Positions 54,452 to 64,000 of a stretch of 64,000 bases of DNA are shown here, in pieces. Source of the stretch: Utricularia gibba (taxonomy: Eukaryota; Plantae; Magnoliophyta); the NCBI GenBank assembly GCA_002189035.1, contig CM007989.1, forward strand, positions 6,510,001-6,574,000. The letters are read 5' to 3'. Under the pieces are notes generated by a model. It saw only the letters and a program-made list of their open reading frames with translations, had not been told where the DNA came from and did not search any database. The translations under genes and the position numbers were made by a program. Numbering within the stretch: the first letter of the stretch is position 1; each line of letters starts with the position of its first letter.

Positions 54452-55551
54452 TCAGTGACTCTCAAGATCACTCTCTTCACTTGAAGTTGAAGAGGCTTCG
54501 CTGAATGTATAGTCGCTATCATAAGGCCCAGAAAGCATGTCCCTGCAAGGAAGCAATGGATTTTGCATAAACATTGATCCATAGAACCACAATTGAAGAA
54601 AATCCGTGCTTCGAAACGAATCCGAACCGTTGAAGAACAGATTTGCCTTCTTTGTACTGCTGATCACTTTCATAAGCAGTTTTCTGCACACAAAGAAACA
54701 GACAGCAAGAGGTGATGAGCAGCAGGAACACTTGAAAGGCGTATCTGTGCACAGTGTGAGGGGAGCCTTACGTATCTCCATCCAACGCATGAGGCGCAAC
54801 ACACACAGAAGATATCAGCAACTATATAGGAACCGGTGCTCATCTTCCTCTCCTCCTGCTGCCCGGGAAAAACATTCCAACTGCGAGCCAAAGTGAAGGT
54901 AACCTCAAACATGTGCAATGCAAGCAGCAAACTGCCTTCTGTGAGCTTCTATCACGGCTAAGAGGGCGGACAGCATGAAAGAACAGTCTAAATCCATTAG
55001 CTAGAAGACACATGTAGAAACTTACACCCTTGTGAACAGATAACCCTGTCCCTGTCTAGTATTGAAGTTCTGGGCCGGCCAAGTACCAGAAACACAAATG
55101 AATGCAATTTCAATATACAAGAAAAATGGAAGCAACCACACGACAAAACCAGCACTAGTAACTCCACAATGTACTCCTGAGGAGTTGGGAAGGGATGCAA
55201 TCCAAGAATCATTCGCAAAAGCAATCTCTAGTGATATTTGGAATCCAGAGCAGAGCTGTGATTTTTCACACTCCATCTGAACTCGATGAACAATAAAACT
55301 GGAATGTTTGTGAAAGGAGTCTCATCTAAGACATTATCCGATGAAACTAAGAGCAAGCAGGCACACTAATTCACCAAATACCATTGTACATTCGACAATT
55401 TTCACTACTTCACCCGATTAAAGAACGAAATGGGAGCAATGAATCGACAAACCGCGGAAACGAGTTCGTCCACCAGAGCAAGATGGTTTTTGCAGTGCTT
55501 GCAACTGTAGACAATGTCCTCTTCAAAAACTATCGAAAATACTCGCCCCAT
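54452..55551 (-). CDS. Yippee-like (YPEL) zinc-binding protein
   Basis: MGRVFSIVFEEDIVYSCKHCKNHLA...GYLFTRVWNV...EERKMSTGSYIVADIFCVCCASCVGWRY...QYKEGKSVL. Two CxxC pairs, five exons. Confidence 0.92.
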
Positions 55552-56123
55552 GTTCCTTCTTCTACAAATTCCTTTTCTTTCACCCAGAAGGTTTCAGTCG
55601 ACAATGAACTCTCCAGAAACGTCGACAAAAAAAAAAAAAAGAACCCAGTTCACAGCCGCATGACTTTAAGAAGAAAATCGGGAGATTCACGGGAAATCCC
55701 AAGAAACTGCATTTGAAGAACGATGAACACCTAAGCCGGATAAATACAAATCCCATTGGATTTGTATTTTTTTTATTATTTTTGAAAGGGCAAGCAAACT
55801 GGCGGAGAACTCACGTCAAAGTGGCATATGAGATGCAACTCCAGTGGGTTTTTTTACCTGTCAATCTTCTTCGCATTTTCCTTCAGATACGGCCATCATT
55901 TTTCCCTTATGGCGATTGTATCGCGGTTCAGAGATTCGTCCCCCACGTTTCTCTGTGGAATCTCCATCGTCTTGGTGGGTTGCAAATTTCAACATTTTGA
56001 TTGGTTCCAGTACAATTGGTTGGTTCGTTTGGTATATTTATCTGAATCACTTGACACCTTACGAAATGGGCATGGTGTTTCCCAATGTTATTGCAGTTAG
56101 GGAAAATAGTGTGAAGTTATCCG

Positions 56124-56519
56124 ATGCTGGCACAGACTGAAAACTGCAGGTTCTTGAATGCTAGTGATCGAAGTGTTTATTTTTAATTCCATCAAATTGT
56201 TTTGCTTGCCACCTGCAACTTCCCACCCATCACCGAGAACTACAGGTTCAAGCAACTCCGGTACAGGAAGCAAGGTCCATTCCTTCCCACTTTATGCTCC
56301 TCTTCTTCTTCCTCATCAGTGATGGGATTCACTTGTTCGGAGGAAGGCTGTGAGCAAGTTTACGCCGGAAGTCCGTGTCAGAAGAGTTCTCGGAAGACTC
56401 ACCGTAAGTACACCATCCATCCCTCTCCTCGTGATCACATTCCCTCACAGAAAGCCCTCAGAAGAAACAAAGCAGCTCCACTGCTGAACTCTCACTTGCT
56501 TGATTGCACCTTATTATAA
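56124..56519 (+). other. Candidate unannotated spliced small ORF (99 aa) in a transcript divergent from Yippee
   Basis: ATG at 56124, CAG|GT donor after 56149, TACAG| acceptor before 56246, giving an open 300-nt frame to TAA at 56519. An upstream putative intron lies at about 55976-56096. I recognise no homolog. Confidence 0.25.
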
Positions 56520-56564
56520 TCCGAATCCCAACTTCCACGCACTGCCCCTTCGGGTTGCTGGCCT

Positions 56565-59500
56565 TGTCAGTGATCGATGAGGAGGTGAAGGACGGCTCAA
56601 AGGCCGAGGTATACCCGACTGTCAATTTAAAGAAAGTGACTGAGAACTCGCGCGCGATACGAGACCCACCTGCGAAGAACACCCGCCGAGAAGCAATCTG
56701 GCCGCCAGAAAGGATGAAAGACTGTGGACTCTGCACTTCTGGGCCAACCAATACCATGATGGGCCGTCAACAGCCCAACAACGTATCTGCACCTCCCAGC
56801 GGCCCACTCAATCTGACCGCTATTCCAGTGCAACAGTTCTCAACAACGGCTAGTTTCTCTATTTATAAATATTCGTGTACCCACCTTGCTTCAATATATG
56901 GTCGAGACATACAAACCGCAGCCATTGAGAAGTCTCACCTATGGAAACAATACGAGACACTCAAGATCCATCTAGGTCAGTTCATTGCTAGTTTTTCAGA
57001 AGAACTAACTAAAATTGTTTTAGGTCTAGAACGCTTAGGTGAGAAGATCAAAGACAATCGCTTATGTGCAAAAATAATCAGCATCGTACCGCAACAATTC
57101 GAATATGTGTTGGCTCCGTTCAAGTTTGATGGCCACATCCACTCCATGAGCTCAGAACAACTCCTCCAAGGGTTAAAAGGAGTGGAAATCAAACTTTATG
57201 CTAATGATCCACCGCACACCCAGAACTTGCCTTTCATGCTCAAGAGTCTCGACTCCCTAGGAAGGAGCCATGTGCCGAAACCTTTCAACCTCCTGTGTTT
57301 ATTCAAGCCAAACCAGAGAAGATTCCTGAAAAACGGTCTCTGCACATATTGCAAGCGGAAAGGACACTCACCCTCCCAATGCTTCTGGAACCCGGATGCT
57401 AGCTGCTCCTACTGTTCGCTCAAAGGCCATGTCGACCATGTCTGTCCTCTCAAGAAATATCATCAGCTTGGGGGAAGTCCAACGGTCCTATGGAAAAACT
57501 AGTTAATTCTCTCAATGATGTATCCTTCAACACTGAAGTTAATAAGAGGAAAGTCGACTTTATCCCGAGTATCAACACACCCTAATTACCTCCTTCACTA
57601 ATCTCCGAAAACAGGCGGTCTGGTTGGTTGATAGTGGCTGCAATCGCCACCTTACAAATGACAAAAGTATATTCTCACACATCTCAGAGCTCTCTGATAA
57701 ATTTATCAAGATTGCAGATGGAAAGCAGTTACCTGTTGTGGATGTGGGAATCATGTGCATAGAAACTGCACACAGATTGATCAAAATCTTGTATGTGTAT
57801 CTAGTACCAAACATATCTCATAACTTATTGAGCGTAGGACAGCTGGTGGAAAAAGGATACAAGGTTCATCTGGAATTCAACAAGTGTATTATAAGAGACG
57901 AAGCAAACAATGTAATACTCATGGGCAAAATGATTAACAGGATCTTCCCCCTAGAACTCTCCATGCCAACCCTCACTGAAGATGTATGTCTGGTGACAAC
58001 CGAAAAAACTAAATGGTGGCATGAGAGACTAGAACATCACCACTATGCATCCCTTTTGACTTTGAACAGGAAAAATCTCACAAAAGTCCTACTTGAGTTG
58101 AGTCTAGAAGAAGGAAAGTGCACGACCTGTATTGAATGCAAAATGAACAGAAAACCCTTCCCACAACTCAGCTCTCAGTCTCAGGAGAAACTTGAGGTAG
58201 TAACCAGTGATGTCTGCGGCCCGATGACTACACCTACAAGGGCAGGAAACAGATACTATGTTATTTTTGTGGATGAATATTCGAAATATACCTGAATTTA
58301 TCTGCTGAAACGAAAGGCCGAAGTGCGGCACTATTTCAACATCTTCAAGTCCCTTGCAGAAACTCAGAGCAACTGCAAAATTCTCACTCTCAAATCAGAC
58401 AATGAAGGCGAGTATAAATCTACCGAGCTAAAGAAATTATGTGAGAGCTATGGCATTATCCATCAATTTATAGCCCCCAACTCACCAGAGCAAAATGGAA
58501 TTTGCGAAAGGAAAAATCAAACCATAGTCAATATGGCTAGATGTCTGCTGCACCAAAAGGGATTACCTAAGGAGTTTTGAGGAGAAGCAGTAAACACAGC
58601 GATATACCTCTTGAATCGCCCGCCCACAAAAGGCATTGAGAACAACAAGACCCCTTATGAGCTCTGGCACGATAAGATCCCGGTGTTAGATCACATTAAA
58701 GTCTTTGGCTCTCCGTGCTATATTTACATTCCCAAGGAAAAGCGAACGAAACTGGATAACAGATCCGAACCTGGTGTTTTTCTGGGATATGCCGATACAT
58801 GCAAAGTGTACCCAGTGCTAAACCTACGAACGAATGAAGTTGAAATCAGCCGCGACGTCATAGTGGAGGAAGACAAAATCTGGGACTGGAAAAACATTCT
58901 GTTACCCAATGAGAATTTCCCAACTCATTCTAGTGGTATTCGTAACCTATTTCCTTCTGTGGAATTTATATCTGATCGTGGAAATGACTATCTCGACCAA
59001 ACAAGTCAAGGACAGCACACAGCAGATAGAAATTTATGAAGAAAAGAACTCAACAAACGAAATGAGTAAACAACAAGCTTATATGTTATTCGACTCATGA
59101 GGAATTCTTAATCAAGACTTAGACCTTGATCCTAATCATGAAACGCTGCCCCTCACAACAGAATCAGAATTGACACCAAGACTGGAATTCTCTACTCAAA
59201 CCTCAGATGCAGAAGAAACATGTCAACAGTTTTCAGATTCTGTAAAATCCACACTTGAAGTCACGGTTTCACATGTTGAAAAAGGAAACTCAGACAACAT
59301 ACCTATGCAATCTACCAACAGTATTGACTATGATTCCGAAACATCGGATGAAGCCATGAACCAACATGAAGACGCTCTCTCAATCAGGTGTCCGCCCTAT
59401 GCCATCAGAAACCCATATTACTTCCCGATTCTGAAAATATAAATTATCTAGAAGGCTATGGGATAAGCTAAGAAAACCTACCCTACTTGGCTCACCTCTG

Positions 59501-61616
59501 CACCAGTCCCTATGAATATGAAGATGAGCCTCCTAGAAAAGGCTATTGCTCAATCCAAGACATTTTAGATCGCTGCTTATTGGTGCATGAACCCAACAGT
59601 ATGACTGAAGCCTTGAAATATCCTGAGTGGCGAAGCGCCATGAATGCCGAACTAAAATCTATGCATGACCACGAAGTATGGGTGGTCATCCCTAAACCAA
59701 AGAACACGAGACCCTTGGAATTGAAGTGGATTTTCAAAACCAAACTAAACCCGATGAGACACTCAACAAACTCAAAGCCAGATTGGTAGTAAAGGGCTAC
59801 CTTCAAAAGGCCGGAATAGATTATCTGGAGACATTCGCGCTTGTTGCCAGACTAGACACCGTCAAGCTCATAATAGCCCTATCTGCCTGCAATAGATGGA
59901 AACTTCACCACCTAGACATCAAGAGCGTATTTCTTAATGGCGATCTGAATGAAGACATATATATGAAGTCACCCTCCGGATTTCTAATCCAAGACCACCC
60001 TGAGCATGTCTTAAAACTAAACAAGACCCTATATGGCCTCAAATAGGCGCCAAAAGGGTGGTATTCTACCATCGGCAAATTCTTCCTAGATCAAGGGTAC
60101 TACCGAAGCAAGAACGACACCACTTTATATATATTGGAAAACTCAAAGGGAAAGATCATTATTACACTCTATGTCGACAACATATTGATCACATGAAGTA
60201 GTGAAAAATTTATTTCTGAGCAAAAGGACTTACTGAAGCAACAATTCGATCTCACAGATCTTGGCCTCACCATATACTTCCTTGGAATCGAAATACTACA
60301 AAATGAAGAGTCGGTATTTATAAATCAAAGGAAATATACGGCTGACCTACTGAAGCGGGTGAATATGGAGAAAACAAAAGTGGCGTCAGTGCCTTTCTCA
60401 CCTGAGGATAGATAGAAGATGTATGATCTCAATACAAAGCCTATCGACGCACAAGACTATTAGAAACTCGTTGGTTCCTTGCTGTATCTCATGGCCACCA
60501 AACCCGACATCACGTTTGCCGTATCCTTTCTCTCCAGATACATGCACAAGCCACACACGATTCATATGGGAATAGCAAGAAAAATCCTGAGATATCTGAA
60601 CTCTACCATCAATTTAGGACTATTTTATAAGAAGAGAACTCACTCGATTCTGTAGGGATTCGTCGACTCAAACTTTGCAGGTGACAAAATTGGATGAAAT
60701 CAACGACCGGATACCTGTTCAACTTAGGATCTGCTGTGTTTGCCTAGAATAGTAGAAGGCAGGATGCTGTTGCACAATCTTCGGTGGAGGCAGAATATAT
60801 CGCAGCTTTAGCAGCGGCAAACCACGCTCAGTGGTTAATCAAACTCTGTGATGACCTGAAGATAGAAATCAGCAGTCTAGTAGTCCTGCGAATTGACAAC
60901 AAATCGGCAATAAACATTGCCCAAAATACGGTCATGTTTGGGAGAACGAAGCACATTAAGGTCAAATATCATGTGCTAAGATACTACGTACAAGAAGGCA
61001 CGATAAAGCTCGAGTACGTACCTCGGAAGGCCAAGCAGCAGACATCCTCACAAAATGTCTGTTTCCCAAATCGTTCTGCAGAATCTTCCAACTATTAGGG
61101 CTCCGATTAAATCTCGCAAGTGAAACTATCGATTCCTCACCAACCCATCGAGGAGGAATGTCAGTGATCGATGAGGAGGTGAAGGACGGCTCAAAGGCCA
61201 AAGTATACCCGACTGTGAATTTACAGAAAGTGACTGAGAACTCGCGAGCGAGACGAGACCCAGCTGCGAAGAACACCTGCCGAGAAGCAATCTGGCCAGA
61301 AAGGATGAAAGACTGTGGACTTTGCACTTATGAAGCCAACCAATACCATGATGGGCCGTCAACAGCCCAACAACGTCTTTGCACCTCCCAGCGGCCCACT
61401 CAATCTGACCGTTGTTCCAGTAACTTGACTACGTAACGGACAAACTAGTGCAACAGTTCTCAACAACGGCTAGTTTCTCTACTTATAAATATTCATGTAC
61501 CCCCAAAGAAAAAATAGAACAACCAATATTCTCCACTACCTCTGCTCAATATTTTCATAGCCTCAAAAGCCTGTCTCTAAACAGCCGAATATCCTACTAT
61601 ATTGCAAACTCTAACA
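56565..61616 (+). mobile_element. Ty1/copia LTR retrotransposon (Ivana/Oryco-like), non-functional, with an internal deletion across the 5' LTR end, PBS and 5' gag
   Basis: Perfect 5-bp TSD GGCCT (56560-56564 and 61617-61621). The 3' LTR at 61159-61616 is TG...CA after PPT gaggaggaa; the 5' LTR matches only over 56565-56882. Contains gag with two CCHC knuckles, protease (LVDSGC), integrase (SDVCGP), RT (KARLVVKGY) and RNase H (AEYIAA), with stops and frameshifts. Confidence 0.95.
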
Positions 61617-61793
61617 GGCCTTGGCTTCAAACTTACAGCAGCAGAACCACTGGAAAACAGAGTTTAGAGCCTCATCTGCAGCGGTCAAGGCTTGTCATTT
61701 GAAATTAGGAAAGGTCAGCATAATTACTTGAATGAATTGGGGCGATAATAAAATTATCGAAATCCTAAAAAGGTCCATCTGCATGGGCTCAAA

Positions 61794-62345
61794 TAGGGAT
61801 GTTATCATGAACAAACAACATGTTCGAATTGTATTTGACTCGATTAAGATCGTTTATGTTCATTTAAATAGTATAAATAAACGAGCACAAACAAAATCCA
61901 TACAATTATTTTATTGAACGAACACAAATAAGATCAATGTTCGATTATATTCAACTATGTTCGATTTTCTTCGATTATAATATATAACATCATATTAAAC
62001 TTATGCATTTTGATATAAAATATATTATAATTATTGTATAAGATATATAATATTAGAAATTATTTTTTGTGTTAGTAGTTAGATTATTCATGATTTTAGA
62101 TCATTTTACTTGATTAAAATATATGAAATACTAATTTATATTTAAAATATTATGTTTATATTTATAATAAAATATTTATTTATTTATTTTTATGTTAAAA
62201 TATAAATATATTATATTTGTTTATGAAAATTCGTGAACAATCATGAATTTTAAATAAACGAACATAAACAAAATTTTTGTTCAAGTAATTTAAATAAACG
62301 AACATAAACAATTTTTTTGTTCAATAAAATTAAACAAACAGACAG
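61794..62345. mobile_element. Degenerate hAT-type MITE-like fragment with aaacgaacataaacaa repeats
   Basis: TAGGGATG start at 61794. Repeated ataaacgaacataaacaa/tgttcg motifs at about 61820-61900 and 62250-62330. Right TIR and TSD not resolved. Confidence 0.35.
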
Positions 62346-62870
62346 ATACTTAGATGTTCTTATTAGTTACTATATAACATTATTAATCTTAAAGGGTCAG
62401 CCCTTTTTCGTCATTCTAGGAGAAGATACTTTCACTCGCTGGCCCCGGCGCGTTTCCTTCACCCTCCTCACAAAGATATTCACTCACAGACACTGCTAAC
62501 GTGTGATATGGGTATTCGACACCGAATCATATCCTTATTTTTATGGAAAAAAATAAAAAATATATTCATTAATTTGATATACATTTTAAATATTAAATTT
62601 ATTCCAAAATCTCATTTTATTTATTCACATTAATTTATTCTCGAAAAACTATTTTTTCTATCAAATTTCAATTAATGAATTTTATAATTATATTCATTTA
62701 TTGTAATAATTCGTCTTTTTGTTGTATGTAATTTTAAATAATAGATTAGTCCAAAGTGCATTGTCCGTACAATGTTGTTGACATGAGGAATCATTCCTTC
62801 TCCTTCTTCCAAGTAAAAACAGGGTATTTCAATCCATTCTGCGCTGGAATCGGACTCCATCTCCAGCCCG

Positions 62871-64000
62871 ATGTCCAAACAGATCTACAGGGTCTGCTTC
62901 TGCTTCAAACGGCGTTTCAATATTGCTTTCGCGGAGGCGCCGCCGGGCGTCAGGACCGTTTTCGACGAGTATTCGGAGAATGGGGTGATGTACGCGGATC
63001 ATTTCAGGAGGTTTTTGATTGAGGTGCAGGGGGAGAAAGCGGTCACACAGGAGGAAGCGCAGGCCCTGATGGACACCCTCCGCGAGCCCATTCATCTCAG
63101 TTTGTTTCACAAACGAGGAATCTATCTCCAAGCCTTCTTCAGTTATTTGTTCGGGGAGCTTAATCCGCCTCTTGATCCTAAGTTGAGGGTATCGTCTTCA
63201 ACAGCAATTTTTTCTTCTTTTTTTGTTTGTGTGTTTGTGATTCATGATTCATCACGCCGGGTATCTTCAGGTACACCATGACATGAATGCTCCACTTTCG
63301 CATTACTTCATATACACCGGCCACAATTCATATCTAACAGGGAATCAGTTGAGCAGCGAGTGCAGTGATGTTCCGATTATACGAGCATTGCAACGAGGGG
63401 TTCGAGTTATCGAACTGGATATTTGGCCGAATTCGACTAAGGATGATATTGATGTTCTTCATGGACGGTATCCTACTAGTAATACGCATGTTAGCTTGAG
63501 GGAAATCTGCTCTGCTCTCCTGAATATGATTCCTTTGTTGGTTCAGGACACTGACCACTCCTGTTAGCTTCCTTAGATGCTTGAGGTCCATCAAGGATCA
63601 TGCTTTTGATTCATCTGATTTCCCCGTTATAATAACACTTGAAGATCATCTTACCCATGACCTCCAAGCTAAAGCAGCAGAGGTTTGTCTATGGAGTTCC
63701 TTTCTCCCTGTGTGTTTTTGTATGGTGGTCGTCGGGGATAATGATCATCATCTAGTATTCGGTCATCTCATAGATGATAACTCAAACCTTTGAGGGAATG
63801 CTTTTTGCACCTGGGCCAGACGGCTTGAGTGTGTTTCCCTCCCCAGAGTTTCTAAAGAGAAAGGTGATGATATCCACCAAGCCACCCAAGGAGTACCTGA
63901 AAGCTGATGAAAGCCAAGACTTTGGATCAAGTAAGCGAATTGAGTTGTTCAAGAAGGACTCTTCCAGAAAAGAATCCAAAGGCCCTGGCACCAAAAGAGA
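62871..64000 (+). CDS. PLC: Phosphoinositide-specific phospholipase C (5' part; runs off the right edge)
   Basis: [16 protein letters not shown] (EF-hand region), [29 protein letters not shown]...[11 protein letters not shown]...VLHGRTLT...[10 protein letters not shown]...[10 protein letters not shown] (X domain). GT-AG introns. Confidence 0.96.

Noticed and set aside
63469-63547. PLC intron donor GTATCCTA resembling a U12-type 5' splice site
   Set aside because: It is not the full RTATCCTT, and no TCCTTAAC branch site precedes the acceptor; U2-type is more likely.

Overview
64-kb window of a gene-dense, compact-intron flowering-plant nuclear genome with very AT-rich intergenic DNA. It holds about 17 recognisable protein-coding loci: eIF2-beta (partial), a UBC8-11-type E2, RPT3, RPL10, QCR8, a STAR/KH RNA-binding protein, a mitochondrial P-type PPR, CBSX3, an alpha/beta-hydrolase-fold protein, ALY/THO4, ACR9-like, SYP81, a UUAT-type nucleotide-sugar transporter, a GH17 glucanase-like protein, a conserved uncharacterised protein, Yippee-like, and PI-PLC (partial). 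It also has a MIR319 precursor and a U1 snRNA gene with Pol II USE/TATA promoter. Transposons include a decayed Ty3/gypsy chromovirus, a 5'-deleted Ty1/copia with intact TSD, older copia and hAT fossils, and a Mutator-like MITE. I could not demonstrate a wholly new biological system. The best leads are: (i) four apparent 1-nt deletions, all in G/C homopolymers, breaking three conserved genes (most likely long-read assembly errors); (ii) a duplicated cassette in the pri-MIR319 leader resembling the miR319* arm; (iii) a hairpin cluster with a CpG-rich promoter-like segment behind the PPR gene; (iv) a candidate unannotated spliced small gene carrying the copia insertion; (v) two enzymes-by-fold lacking canonical catalytic residues. 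Homolog names come from my recall of family sequences, not from a database search.
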